64,000 nt of DNA from a virus. The stretch's first letter is position 1, and every line of letters starts with the position of its first letter. Below, piece after piece: positions 29,022 to 39,469 of the stretch. The notes under the pieces are model-generated. The model was not told the origin of the DNA. It saw nothing but the letters and a program-made list of their open reading frames with translations, and ran no database searches. Where the stretch lies: positions 64,001 to 128,000 of IMG/VR virus record IMGVR_UViG_3300042914_004291, one strand, 5' to 3'. A program made the translations under genes and the position numbers.

Positions 29022-31088
29022 TCAGTGCTTTTTGCCAATACCTGCAAGTTTGCTCCAACGATCTGCATCGAACATTGGAACAGACATCAGATCGGAAACC
29101 TGACGAATCTCTTTGCCATTAAGGTTTGCAGCAGATTCGTTTAGCGAACCAGCCTTGGACGTTTTGGCCTTGTTTTTGTTGATCGCTTTCACAATCTTCC
29201 CATAGATGTCTTTCACCTCGTTAACGGTTGAACCTTTATCGAGATATTCAACGATCTTACGTTTCTGCGCTTCAGTGAGCGACGCTTCGCTCACCAAGAT
29301 TTTGTTCAGGAAAAGTGAACGAGCAGTCAGAACGCGAGTTTCGTCAAGTTGTTTTGTCACCTCGGCAACTTCGTTCACTGCTAGCCGTGGCTTAGCGGCT
29401 GGCTTCTTGGTCTTCAAACCAAGTGCTTCCATCTGCTCGCGCACGAGCCGACGAACTTCCTGCACGACCATCATTTCATCTTCATCACCGGCATGCCCAG
29501 CAGCCATATCAACATCAACATCATCAGCATCATCAGCAGCATCACCGCCAAAAGGCTGACCGTCGACCTGAACGTTCACATTCTCAACAGCATCCCCAGA
29601 AACACCCTGGAGATCAATTGTGATAGTCATTGCATTTGGATCCTCGACTGACATGTCTGAGCTGGGCTCGTCATCCAAAAGCATTTCTTCACTGTCATCA
29701 TCTGTTGAAACAGCAGCAACGTCAACCTCTTCTTCTTGTTCCATCATATGATCGTCCGACATCGAAGCCATGAGCTCATTGATTTCTTTCTCGATTTCTT
29801 CGAGAAGAGCTTTGCCCTGATCACCCTCTTTTGCTGAGTGTTTGAAAGGAGCTTTCTCAAGCTCTGCCTTCACGTTCCTTGGGTTTCCGCTGGCCTTTTT
29901 TGCATGCTCGTCGCTCAGACCTTCTGAGTCGCCAGCCGGATCGACTTTGCCAACTTCTTTCTCAAAGCCCTCAGCGCCTTCAAAAAGCTTGAGTGCGAAA
30001 TCCTTGAGAGATTGTGGTTTCTTGTTTGGTTTTGTTGCAGTAGCCATATTTTCTTGTGTTTCTTCTTTTCGGTAACTATTTGAAGCTTTTCTAATTCCGT
30101 TTTCCAACAGATCTAGTTTGTGCGTATTCATGCGCCACAAACGTTCAGTGATCAATTTGTCCTTCTTCATTCCAGCAAGCGACTCGCGCAGCGAATCAAC
30201 TGTTTTCTTGCTCAGAACAGCGCCAGTTGCGCTCACTTCTTCGGCTGCTGTGAGAATCTTTTTGAAACTCTCATACATTTTGTTGCCGCTTTCGTTTGCA
30301 GTCGCAACAGCGCTGTTAACATCTAGAACCGACTCACCAACGGAAGGAACTTCTGCTGAGGCTGAGCTCTCAGGCACAACGTTTGGTGCAACAATATTCT
30401 CAAGCAGTTTGTCAATGGCGGACAGAATCACGCTTGATCGCTCTGCAAGTGGAGCAGCGGCCGAATCAGTTGCGCCTGGATCTCCTGGGGTCGCAGACAG
30501 TTCTGGTGTTCCTGGCGCTGCCGCGGGAGGAGTGACTGCGCTTGGATCAATTGGAGTGTCGGCAGGTGGCACTGGCGGAATTGTCCCAGTCGATGCATCA
30601 GCTTGTTGAAACAAACTATCAATTGGAATGACAAGCTCTTGGCCACCACTCTCTGGATTTGTTTCAATCTTACCCAGCACTTGCTGCACTGCCGGTGCAC
30701 CAATTGGTGTGCTGGCCGCTGCGACGGCAGGATCGGTCAGCGTTGCGCCTGGAGCCGGTGCCGGGGTCACTGGCGCTGTTGCTCCAGCATCTGGTGATGG
30801 GGACGGAGGTGCTGGAGGTGGCGCTGCTGCTCCAGCATCTGGGGCTGCTGCTCCAGCATCTGGGGCTGCTGCTCCAGCATCTGGGGCTGGGGGTTGAGGT
30901 GCCGGAGGTGTCGCATCTGCCGCAAATGGATCTTGTTGCTCAGCCATGAGTCGAAGCTCCGAATCGAGCTTCTTCATGATCGATGGAGTGAGCTTGGCCA
31001 TCACCTCTTGCTGAGCACGTTGCAACGCAAATTTCTTGATCTCAGCAGCGTCTAGCACTGCTCTTTCTGTGATTCTTTTCTTTGGCAT
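29022..31088 (-). CDS. prohead core/scaffold protein
   Basis: Directly upstream of the capsid gene; many L/I-x-E sites, acidic and Pro/Ala-rich regions, C-terminal RWSKLAGI. Confidence 0.8.
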   Translation of the reverse strand: MPKKRITERAVLDAAEIKKFALQRAQQEVMAKLTPSIMKKLDSELRLMAEQQDPFAADATPPAPQPPAPDAGAAAPDAGAAAPDAGAAAPPPAPPSPSPDAGATAPVTPAPAPGATLTDPAVAAASTPIGAPAVQQVLGKIETNPESGGQELVIPIDSLFQQADASTGTIPPVPPADTPIDPSAVTPPAAAPGTPELSATPGDPGATDSAAAPLAERSSVILSAIDKLLENIVAPNVVPESSASAEVPSVGESVLDVNSAVATANESGNKMYESFKKILTAAEEVSATGAVLSKKTVDSLRESLAGMKKDKLITERLWRMNTHKLDLLENGIRKASNSYRKEETQENMATATKPNKKPQSLKDFALKLFEGAEGFEKEVGKVDPAGDSEGLSDEHAKKASGNPRNVKAELEKAPFKHSAKEGDQGKALLEEIEKEINELMASMSDDHMMEQEEEVDVAAVSTDDDSEEMLLDDEPSSDMSVEDPNAMTITIDLQGVSGDAVENVNVQVDGQPFGGDAADDADDVDVDMAAGHAGDEDEMMVVQEVRRLVREQMEALGLKTKKPAAKPRLAVNEVAEVTKQLDETRVLTARSLFLNKILVSEASLTEAQKRKIVEYLDKGSTVNEVKDIYGKIVKAINKNKAKTSKAGSLNESAANLNGKEIRQVSDLMSVPMFDADRWSKLAGIGKKH
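30823..30885. repeat. three perfect 21-bp tandem repeats (PDAGAAA) in the scaffold gene
   Basis: GCTGCTGCTCCAGCATCTGGG repeated three times. Confidence 0.95.
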
Positions 31089-31114
31089 TTAATCTACTCT
31101 GTTGGTAATAATGA

Positions 31115-31690
31115 TCAAGGATTGCTGTTGTCTCTTGGATAACCCGAACCAACGCCAAGCCTGAACGTACGAACCTGACCAGTGACAGCTCCTGGGCCAC
31201 TGTTCCCGATGCCTTCTGCACTCTGGTTCTCGTATGCAGGCTGGGCTGGGTTGAGCTGCTGAAAAGTTCTCGCGCCGACTGGAATTGTTCCGGTGTCGAC
31301 CTCGGCGATCAATTCTGCTTCGTTGCCATTGCCTTCACCCGGAGAAACGACGTTTGGAGAGTATGGAGTTGCTGGCCAACCACCAGGTTCAATTCGTGTG
31401 GTTAGTTTGTTACGAACATCAACATACTCCGGACGGCTGTCGTTGGCTGGGACGAAGTTCCGGCGATACATTCCAAATCCGTACTGAGTGTTCTCGCCGT
31501 CATATTGCGCAAAAACTCTGCGGGCTACTTCAATTGTGTATTGACCATTGATGATGGGGCTATCGCCATATGCCCGGTTCAATGAAACGGTGTTGGATCT
31601 GCCCATGCCACCGTCACGGTTGCTGGAGTATGCCCGGTCCTGGAACTGGGGTTGATTCGAGAAAATCTCGTATTGTACTGTTGATGACAT
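31115..31690 (-). CDS. hypothetical protein, probably virion structural
   Basis: TAGTTA at 31727-31732; located in the head gene block. Confidence 0.65.
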   Translation of the reverse strand: MSSTVQYEIFSNQPQFQDRAYSSNRDGGMGRSNTVSLNRAYGDSPIINGQYTIEVARRVFAQYDGENTQYGFGMYRRNFVPANDSRPEYVDVRNKLTTRIEPGGWPATPYSPNVVSPGEGNGNEAELIAEVDTGTIPVGARTFQQLNPAQPAYENQSAEGIGNSGPGAVTGQVRTFRLGVGSGYPRDNSNP

Positions 31691-31764
31691 GTTTAGCTAC
31701 ACCTTTGTTTTCTGTTGTTCAAGGTGTAACTAAGTGTGTTGGTGGCGAAGATGAAGTTATTTAA

Positions 31765-32331
31765 TCAGCGTTTTCCTGGAAGGAACCCGGGCTGGTTTGG
31801 TTTTGGTGAAGAGCTCTTGCTGAAAGCCAGTTCAGCCCAGCGGTTGGCCGCGGGTGCATTTGGAATAATGTTTTGTTGTTCGTTCAGCATTGACACAGCA
31901 GCCTCATCTCTCGGCGGCATCATGTTCCTAGGAAACGCGGCTCCCATCTCTGGTACTGGCGGCATTTGTCTTTGCTGATGCGCCAACATTGCATCTAGTC
32001 TAGACTGCTCTTCCAGCATTGCACCAGGGGCATTGGCAAGAGTGTCTGCAAATATATCAGCCATGGCCGGGTCGTCGCCGAAAACTGCGTTGGCATTCAT
32101 AGCGGCTCTCTGCTGCTCAGAAATAAATCCTGGATGACTCTGAGCTGGCCTGATATGTTGTTGCTGTTGATAAACTGGCTTCGCGCCTTCTGTTAGTGTC
32201 TCATACGTTTTCATAGCTGCTGGGAGTGTGCCGTCTGAGATCATCTCCAGGAGTATACCCTTGATGATTAGTTTGAGCTCATTCTTGGTTGTTGTCGCAG
32301 CCTTTGGCTTCGGTGGTGCGTTGGTAGTCAT
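31765..32331 (-). CDS. hypothetical head-block protein
   Basis: ELKLIIKGILLE and LTE motifs; ATGA-coupled to the protease gene. Confidence 0.7.
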   Translation of the reverse strand: MTTNAPPKPKAATTTKNELKLIIKGILLEMISDGTLPAAMKTYETLTEGAKPVYQQQQHIRPAQSHPGFISEQQRAAMNANAVFGDDPAMADIFADTLANAPGAMLEEQSRLDAMLAHQQRQMPPVPEMGAAFPRNMMPPRDEAAVSMLNEQQNIIPNAPAANRWAELAFSKSSSPKPNQPGFLPGKR

Positions 32332-32993
32332 TTCTTGTTCTTAACTCCCTTGAACTGTTCTGCAATTGAAATGCTGTTGTTCAAAGCTCTGAAGATCAAA
32401 TCATTCTTTGTGAACACTTCATTTGGATCATACAGTTTCTTTGACTCTGCCAGCTTCATGAAAGCTCCTGGTGTCGATGGCTCAGAGACAAAATCCCAAC
32501 AGATGATCTGAAGGTCGTCTTGGACATAGTTGACGTCGCCTTGTTTCTTCAATGAGCCTAGAGCCCTAGAAGAGATACCAGGAACGCCGCCACCTTTGAC
32601 AATCTCTCTGATGATCTTGCCGGATGGAGTATCAAACACATGCACTTTGGCCTTGACGTTGTCACCTTCCATCCACACCTTCTTGATCATGTGTGAAACG
32701 TTCTTCATGTTCACGATTGGCTCTTCGGCATGGTCTAGTTCACCAAACGCACGATTCTCTTTGATGAGCTTCTGATAATTGATTATCTCTTGCTTCAAAA
32801 CTTCAAAAGGATACACACGGCCGTTTGCATTCAATGTGTTTGCTCTCTGAATCACTCCAGTCAGAATCAGAGGCTGATCGTCCCTGAGCTTGCTGAAGTC
32901 GTGAGGGGCTCCATCCCTTTGTTCAACTTCTTCGTCGCTGTCTAGTTCGAACCTGCTAAACTCTCTCAACAGTAGTTTTCTTGTGTCTGTCAT
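32328..32993 (-). CDS. prohead protease (T4 gp21-like)
   Basis: NANGRVYP, GELDH, VSH, TPSG, GISSRALGS and DFVSEPSTPGA motifs. Confidence 0.95.
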   Translation of the reverse strand: MTDTRKLLLREFSRFELDSDEEVEQRDGAPHDFSKLRDDQPLILTGVIQRANTLNANGRVYPFEVLKQEIINYQKLIKENRAFGELDHAEEPIVNMKNVSHMIKKVWMEGDNVKAKVHVFDTPSGKIIREIVKGGGVPGISSRALGSLKKQGDVNYVQDDLQIICWDFVSEPSTPGAFMKLAESKKLYDPNEVFTKNDLIFRALNNSISIAEQFKGVKNKK

Positions 32994-33871
32994 GATTTTT
33001 CTTGATTGCCTTTGTTGGTGTTGATCTTTTCTGTGAGATCTATCAACGACAGATAGAAATCGATTGCCGCAGAATGTTGTGGGTGAGAAACGTTCGAAAC
33101 GAAACTACGATCTGTTTGAAATCTTTCCAGCAAAGTCGTTACAGTTTCAAGTTGGTCAGCACCAAACGTTGAGTCGCCAGATAGTTTGCCAACTGAACGC
33201 TTGGCGTGTTCTTCCAATGGGATCAAAACTTTGACCACGAACTGATCCGGGTCAAGCGAGACGTAATTTGTCATGAACGTCATCTGTGGTTCCGAAAGCA
33301 AACTTTTATACTCGTCGTTGTAGTGTTTCACGGTGATCTCCAGCAGCATGTTTAGTGGAAACTGATTCGAAACTTCATCCAACGAACTCGCAGCCACAGT
33401 CTCATCCACAGCTTCGTCGTCAGTTTTTTCACTTTGATCGCAAGACATCTCAACCAATGACTCGGCAAGATAAACCTGTGAGGCCAGCGAATCAGCGGTC
33501 ACATCGGCTCGCGACCACTCTTCCATCAGAGCAAACAATGTATCTTCTGCTGACATCTTGATCTCAACACTTTCAGATAGCGACAAGTGCGAACATTGCT
33601 CGTCAAGTGTTTTTGATTCTGCTCTTTTGAGTTTGACGTTGACTGTGCTCTTGAAGAGCTCTTTCAGTTCGGAAATGTATTGCCGCACGACTTTTTCACC
33701 ATGCAACCGCCCAAGTTCCAAACACTTCTCAGATGCTTCAGACATCATGACGTACTGCTTGACATATTGCGGTGTTTTTATTAGCAGTTGTGCGTTGCTT
33801 GCAAGACCATTGTTCACGATCCTCGCAGACAATTCTTCTAGTTTCTTTTTTGTTGCCAGCGATTTTTTCAT
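32990..33871 (-). CDS. hypothetical head-block protein
   Basis: Between portal and protease; TAGTTA at 33887-33892. Confidence 0.7.
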   Translation of the reverse strand: MKKSLATKKKLEELSARIVNNGLASNAQLLIKTPQYVKQYVMMSEASEKCLELGRLHGEKVVRQYISELKELFKSTVNVKLKRAESKTLDEQCSHLSLSESVEIKMSAEDTLFALMEEWSRADVTADSLASQVYLAESLVEMSCDQSEKTDDEAVDETVAASSLDEVSNQFPLNMLLEITVKHYNDEYKSLLSEPQMTFMTNYVSLDPDQFVVKVLIPLEEHAKRSVGKLSGDSTFGADQLETVTTLLERFQTDRSFVSNVSHPQHSAAIDFYLSLIDLTEKINTNKGNQEKS

Positions 33872-33885
33872 GGTTATTCTTGTTG

Positions 33886-36021
33886 CTAACTATTTTCTAG
33901 AATCAAGATATTCGAATCGTCATTACCAACCGATTCTTCATCCGGATTCCCGTCTTGCAAAGTTGACTCCAACAACAACACTTCATCCTCTTCAGGTCTG
34001 ATTGCTGTCTGGCTGTTGCCACCTTCGGCAATGTTGGCCTTGAGAGTTTTGTTCATGTGCTCCTTCAGTCTGACGAGAGAAGATCTGATTCCCCTGTTCA
34101 TTGCGTGAGGGATGGGTCTGACTTGCTCTGTTAGCAATTCACTGGCTTCAAGCAATGTTTTGCTAGATGGAACGTCGTAAACACTGTCTCTGGCTCTGCG
34201 AGTGATTGGACTGAGCATTGACTGAAAATCTGGCATGTGCAAAGCCCCAGGACCGCCAAATGAATTTCGCCGCGATATCCTTCTAGCTGCTGCATCGAGT
34301 GCCGGTGTGTAGTTTGCTCTGATGGGTGCACCGGCAGCACTAGGCTTGCCTCCAGTGCCATTTGATGTGTTGATCGCCCCACGTTCAGCCTGACGGATAG
34401 CCGCCTTCTCGGCATCGCGCATCTGCTGCATCTCAACGTTTGCTTTCTCGACGCCTGCCACGGCACCCGGATTTGGCCTGAATGGAGATCCAGGAACCTC
34501 ATAGTTTGATTTGTCAAAAATATCAATGTTGCTATCCTCGGATTTATCAAACTTTGGATTCTCTGCTATAGCTGCCAGCTCTGCAACTCGCGTCTGATCG
34601 ATCTTGGCTTCGATCCAGTTTGTATTGATCTGATCAGGTCTGAAACCAAGGATCTCTCTCTGGATATGTGGAATGCTGAGCATGCCTGTTTCTTTCCCCA
34701 ACTCCCAAGCTTTCCCAGCAACCTCAATCCTTGCAGTCAGAAGAGCCAGTTTTTGTTGAACAGCAACTGTGGATGGGTTTGAGAACCCAAGTTCAAAATC
34801 GATCAGATCTTCCCCAGAAAAGCCTAACGCAAACAAATGAATCATTGCGAGTTTGTTGAGCTCTGCCACCATGATCTTCTGGAGAGTTGCAATGGTTCTT
34901 GAGAACCTGATATCTTCTTGAGCCAGTGTGCTCTTCGAGGAAATTGCTTCGTCGTAAGTCAAGTAAGCTCTTGGCACCATCAAAGCAGCGATCAGCTTGT
35001 TCAAGATATACTGAACGTCATCGACTGCGGTGTTGTTAGTAGCTCCGGCCAGTGCTTCGATCTTTGTTCCGCTATTCTGGCGCACTGGCATGAAATAGTC
35101 GTCGAGTGCCGAGAATGGATTGTATCTGAAATCTTGTTTTCCTTGTTCATGCTCGATCACGCTGCTACCGCGCATTGCTTCTTTGACGCCTTCCATGTAT
35201 GAAGGGATATCGTTTGGAGCAATTGCTGAAACGTCAACATAGAACACTCTACGTTCTGGGGATCTGACAAGACGATAAAGAAGCATTGAGTCTTCGATCA
35301 TTGTGAGCATGCGCCATGGTCTTCTTGCAGACTCTAGAAGAGACATTCCATATGGAAGAAACATGTCGCTCCCCAGAATTCTCATGTGAAGGATCTGCCA
35401 GTTCTCAAGATATTTACCGCCGCGAGTTAATAGCCTGAACCTTGTTGCATAAGGATCGTTTTTGTCATAGCCTTCTTCACGTTCGACCTCGTTGACTGGG
35501 AGTGGTTCTACGTTGATCACTCCATAGTTCGGAACCACTTCCACGTAACAGAAGTAATCACCATTCTTCACAAGGTTTCTCATCATGCGCCTGCCGTTGA
35601 ACTCTATGTCGACAACATCATAGAACAACTCGTCCAGCGCTTTTTGTATCTCGGCGTTCGGACTGTAAACGTGAAACATCTGGCCTGTCTCATCAGAAGC
35701 GCACGACTCATCAGCATAGACGTTCAATGCTGTCGATACCTCCGCACAGCGAGCATCCATCTCAGCAAATTCCGCTGCGCGACTCTGCCGATCCAGAATG
35801 CCATAGGCGCCCATCGATGAGAATGGAGATGACTCGCGGCGAAATGCCGATGGGCCGTAATAACCCATGGCACCTTTCATCACTTCTGTGTCGTAGAAAT
35901 TCCTGTAGTCCTGCCCTTTAACTTTACGCCGGATTGCTGGACCGGAGCGAAAGAGTCGATTTAAACGTTTATAGAACGTCAAGGCGTTCGAGATTGCAGA
36001 GGCTGGTGGTGTGTCGCTCAT
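33886..36021 (-). CDS. portal protein (T4 gp20-like)
   Basis: EDSMLLYRLVRSPERRVFYVDV, DDYFMP, AL-x-VP and DIRFSR motifs. Confidence 0.95.
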   Translation of the reverse strand: MSDTPPASAISNALTFYKRLNRLFRSGPAIRRKVKGQDYRNFYDTEVMKGAMGYYGPSAFRRESSPFSSMGAYGILDRQSRAAEFAEMDARCAEVSTALNVYADESCASDETGQMFHVYSPNAEIQKALDELFYDVVDIEFNGRRMMRNLVKNGDYFCYVEVVPNYGVINVEPLPVNEVEREEGYDKNDPYATRFRLLTRGGKYLENWQILHMRILGSDMFLPYGMSLLESARRPWRMLTMIEDSMLLYRLVRSPERRVFYVDVSAIAPNDIPSYMEGVKEAMRGSSVIEHEQGKQDFRYNPFSALDDYFMPVRQNSGTKIEALAGATNNTAVDDVQYILNKLIAALMVPRAYLTYDEAISSKSTLAQEDIRFSRTIATLQKIMVAELNKLAMIHLFALGFSGEDLIDFELGFSNPSTVAVQQKLALLTARIEVAGKAWELGKETGMLSIPHIQREILGFRPDQINTNWIEAKIDQTRVAELAAIAENPKFDKSEDSNIDIFDKSNYEVPGSPFRPNPGAVAGVEKANVEMQQMRDAEKAAIRQAERGAINTSNGTGGKPSAAGAPIRANYTPALDAAARRISRRNSFGGPGALHMPDFQSMLSPITRRARDSVYDVPSSKTLLEASELLTEQVRPIPHAMNRGIRSSLVRLKEHMNKTLKANIAEGGNSQTAIRPEEDEVLLLESTLQDGNPDEESVGNDDSNILILENS

Positions 36022-36072
36022 GTGCTGTCTTGTTGTTGTTATTTAGGCAGATACGTCAATAATGAGATTGTG

Positions 36073-36642
36073 ATGATTGATCATAGTAATGATGTTGGGT
36101 GCGATGACTATACAAACGAAGAGCTCCTGGCCAGTTTTCACAAAGCCCGAGAATCACTCTTAGAGATTTTGCGGCAAAAACTATCTGGAGACATTGAGCT
36201 AGTCGACCTGTTCATGGAACGTTTGCATTACACTTTGGAGATATTAGGAGCCACGACAGAGAACTGGTTAACGATCAAAACTGCCCTGATAAAATATCTC
36301 AACATACACATCACAACAAAAGGCTTGTTTACACAGCGTCGATCGGATGATCGATCGTTCTACAATGATTTTGAACTAGCTGTCATAGAATATTGGGCCT
36401 CTGTTACTGGTGTTAGACCATTCATACCGGCCAAACAGTTCTGCAATCCGGATGACCCAATCAGGAAACAGTATCATGCAATCTTTGAGCGGAATGCTAA
36501 GGCTAGCGCAGCCTTATTAGAAAGGAAGAAGCAGCAAGAGCAGTTGGCACTATCCAAGCCAGTGAAGAAGAAGAGTAAAAAGAAGAAAACCAATGGCAAA
36601 AGACACAAAAACAACCAGCAACAGCTCGCCAAACATGGCTGA
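36073..36642 (+). CDS. hypothetical protein with a basic C-terminus
   Basis: Long ORF; start at GTG 36070 or ATG 36073 rather than 36022. Confidence 0.6.
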   Translation: MIDHSNDVGCDDYTNEELLASFHKARESLLEILRQKLSGDIELVDLFMERLHYTLEILGATTENWLTIKTALIKYLNIHITTKGLFTQRRSDDRSFYNDFELAVIEYWASVTGVRPFIPAKQFCNPDDPIRKQYHAIFERNAKASAALLERKKQQEQLALSKPVKKKSKKKKTNGKRHKNNQQQLAKHG

Positions 36643-37774
36643 GATCTTGTTTGTCAATGAACAGGATGATGGTTACTATGACAATCCCGGGTTCGAAGGC
36701 GGCTATGGTGTTTCTCTTGGTGGTGGTGGTGGTTCATCATCATCAGGCTCAGGTAAAAGCATGTGGGCGAGAAACGGATTGTTTGGTGCCATGGGCTTTG
36801 CTGCTATCAGAGATATCTGGAACATCCTGAAGCGCGATGCTGCAAAACTTGGCGTGCAAGCTCTGTCGACTGTTGGGTCTTTGTTTGCTGGAACAGTTAC
36901 GATCCTGTTGCCTTTCAACTCTCACCTAGCCACCTCATACGTCACAAAGAAGTTTATGTACTGGGAGGTCAAGGCCATTAAATCAATCAACCAACAGTTC
37001 GAGAAAGAACTGGCAGGGTTTGACACCGGCTGGGAATTGATCAAGCCAGATCTGATTGGCCTTGGGTTCTTCATTGCTCCATACGGTGTCGTTGGAAACA
37101 TGATGGCTGCTGGCCAAGCAATTGACGCTGCGATCTCTGTCACGAACGTGATGACTGGCGGACTCGTTGGATCTCTCTTAGACCGCATCATCAATCTCCC
37201 AGAAGACATGAGAGATCCTGGTAACTTGGATTACTACATAAGAAGCCATCTCTATAGGCCGTTCAGTTACTCTTCGAGCAACTGGAAAGAGCGTGGTCTG
37301 TTTGGAAACCTATTCCACCTCACAAATGATGAGTTTCACAAATCGGGCGTCCGGCGCAACATTTATGAAGCAGCTGGTGATGGCGGCGGAAGAACTGTTG
37401 ACACGGCAGGGCTAAAACAAATGCTTGACAAACTCAGATCAATTCTTGGAAAAACCTACGACAAAGACATGAGGAAGTTCATGGAAGAGGTGCTAAAAGG
37501 ATCTAAAGATTCTGAAACAAAGTTCGTCGCCGCAAACACATCAAAATACCTGGCTCCAATGTTTCCGGCCATCAAAACAGATCTAGCTGCAAATTCTAGG
37601 CAGTTGCAACTTCAACCCGGCGAATTAGAACAGTGGAACTCTTCACTAGCTAGCAAAAAAACAGAGATACTTGATTCAATGCTGAAACGTTACAGCGGTT
37701 TGATCAAGAAAGATCCAAACTCAGGCACTGCCGCAGAAACTTTCAAACAGATCATGTCTTCGGCGATGAACTGA
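36593..37774 (+). CDS. hypothetical protein, probable virion/ejected protein with hydrophobic helices
   Basis: Leader ending LFVNE, Gly/Ser linker and hydrophobic segments. Confidence 0.65.
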   Translation: MAKDTKTTSNSSPNMAEILFVNEQDDGYYDNPGFEGGYGVSLGGGGGSSSSGSGKSMWARNGLFGAMGFAAIRDIWNILKRDAAKLGVQALSTVGSLFAGTVTILLPFNSHLATSYVTKKFMYWEVKAIKSINQQFEKELAGFDTGWELIKPDLIGLGFFIAPYGVVGNMMAAGQAIDAAISVTNVMTGGLVGSLLDRIINLPEDMRDPGNLDYYIRSHLYRPFSYSSSNWKERGLFGNLFHLTNDEFHKSGVRRNIYEAAGDGGGRTVDTAGLKQMLDKLRSILGKTYDKDMRKFMEEVLKGSKDSETKFVAANTSKYLAPMFPAIKTDLAANSRQLQLQPGELEQWNSSLASKKTEILDSMLKRYSGLIKKDPNSGTAAETFKQIMSSAMN

Positions 37775-37821
37775 ATATACATCGTTGTTTGTTCGGGACA
37801 TAACTCCTCCTGAAAACAACG

Positions 37822-38118
37822 ATGATTAGCCGTAAGAAACACAGCCGCAAAGGCGCATCAGAAGAACCAAACAACATGCCAGAGAACCTGAACGATCTGA
37901 AACCGATCGTGTCAGAATTCATTGATCGTTACAGACGCCTTGAGAACGAAGAGGTAGAACTGCGCGAACAAAAGAAACAACTGGTCGATGAGTTCTCAGA
38001 CAAACTTGACACCAAGACACTGAAACTTGCAATGAAAGAAGTGGAGCTGCGTTCGAAGGTTGAACGCAAACACTATTTCGATCTGTTTGTTCATGTGCTT
38101 GGCGGGGAAGTAGACTGA
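37822..38118 (+). CDS. dsDNA-binding protein, DUF2312/GapR/T4 DsbA-like
   Basis: FIDRYRRLENE...D-x-K-x-LK pattern and small size. Confidence 0.6.
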   Translation: MISRKKHSRKGASEEPNNMPENLNDLKPIVSEFIDRYRRLENEEVELREQKKQLVDEFSDKLDTKTLKLAMKEVELRSKVERKHYFDLFVHVLGGEVD

Positions 38119-38123
38119 TCTAT

Positions 38124-38579
38124 ATGACCACAGAATACGTAGTGAACGGCAAGAAACGCCGCAAGATGAAACAGCTTCCAGAAATCTTCTACGAAACTCC
38201 TAACTTCGAGGGCGAGAAGGTTTCTCCAATTCCATATGTTGTCATCCCAGCAGACACAGACATGCCACCCGGGTTGTTCTTGATGGAGTACAGAGAGACT
38301 AATGAAGTTGAGAATGGTCAGCCAATGATGGAAGGTCCATGGCCTCACATGTATGTCGACTTCAAGGAAGTAGAAGAAGCGTTAGCATTAAAGTTTGGCG
38401 GCAAGAAATCCAAACCATTCATTGAAATTGTTGATCACATTCGCACGGCGATTGGTCTTGAGCCTTTGAAAGAAGCCAAACGCAAAGGCGACGAGCTGCT
38501 GAACTCTGCCAGCAAACTGGCAGAAACAATCGTGAATGAGCGCATTGCAGCCAAGGCAAAGGAACAGATCAAGCAATGA
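38124..38579 (+). CDS. hypothetical protein
   Basis: Tightly packed plus-strand operon. Confidence 0.7.
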   Translation: MTTEYVVNGKKRRKMKQLPEIFYETPNFEGEKVSPIPYVVIPADTDMPPGLFLMEYRETNEVENGQPMMEGPWPHMYVDFKEVEEALALKFGGKKSKPFIEIVDHIRTAIGLEPLKEAKRKGDELLNSASKLAETIVNERIAAKAKEQIKQ

Positions 38580-38989
38580 AACTACACCAAACAGTTGTTG
38601 GCAGTATCCTGAATGACGTCAAGAACTTTGGCGGGCATAACTCGGAACTCAAACTCCGTGCCAGACTAGAAGACAAACAATATGCAATCTATGCTGGTGA
38701 TCGTAAAGACATGGTTCTCGTTGAATACGACCGTCTGATCAAAGAGGCAAGTGATCGTCGTCTCCCAGTGCGAGACATTGTACCAATGCGACTGCATCCA
38801 ACTGCTTTCGGCAAGGTCATGGAACTTTTCGCACTATACTCTGGATATGATAGCGAGACGAAGATGCGTATTGCTCTAGAAAACCTCGATCTGATTCCAT
38901 ACGAGAAGAAAACTGGAAACCGCGAGACTATTCTGGTCCTCAAAGAAGACTATGAGAAAATCTTGAGACAGTCTGGTCTTGGCGGCTGA
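38576..38989 (+). CDS. hypothetical protein
   Basis: ATGA overlap with the upstream gene. Confidence 0.7.
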   Translation: MKLHQTVVGSILNDVKNFGGHNSELKLRARLEDKQYAIYAGDRKDMVLVEYDRLIKEASDRRLPVRDIVPMRLHPTAFGKVMELFALYSGYDSETKMRIALENLDLIPYEKKTGNRETILVLKEDYEKILRQSGLGG

Positions 38990-39013
38990 TAAGCAACACC
39001 CAACAACGGCACG

Positions 39014-39469
39014 ATGAACAACTCTACCCCAACAACTCAGCTCGAAATAGGGCAAGTGATATTTTGTATCTCTGGCGACACTGGGGCTTTGTACCCGGTC
39101 CAAGTGACTGAAGAGGTAGTACACAAATCAATCACTGGCACAAAGAAATCCTACACTGTCAGACTTGATCTGTTTGATGATCAAGGTGTCGTGGAAACCA
39201 AGATAACTTCACTTGAATCATTGAACGATCTGTGGTTTCCAACGTTGGCTGTGGCAAAGGATCACATGCTGAAACAGGCAGCAGCTTTTGTAGATGAAAT
39301 GGCCGATAAAGCCGAGAAGTTGTCCATGATGAGTTTTGGCGAGGAGATGCGTCAGCTAGCCACTAGTGACACAACAGAACAATCTGGTGCCATGCCTTCA
39401 ATAAGAAAGAAACCAACCGTTACAATGCCCGATGGAACAAAGATAGAACTTGATGTACATGAAAACTGA
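39014..39469 (+). CDS. hypothetical protein
   Basis: Operon position upstream of GroEL. Confidence 0.7.
   Translation: MNNSTPTTQLEIGQVIFCISGDTGALYPVQVTEEVVHKSITGTKKSYTVRLDLFDDQGVVETKITSLESLNDLWFPTLAVAKDHMLKQAAAFVDEMADKAEKLSMMSFGEEMRQLATSDTTEQSGAMPSIRKKPTVTMPDGTKIELDVHEN

Noticed and set aside
30823-30885. 21-bp direct repeats as a possible CRISPR or mini-array
   Set aside because: The repeats are contiguous with no spacers and are in frame within the scaffold gene.
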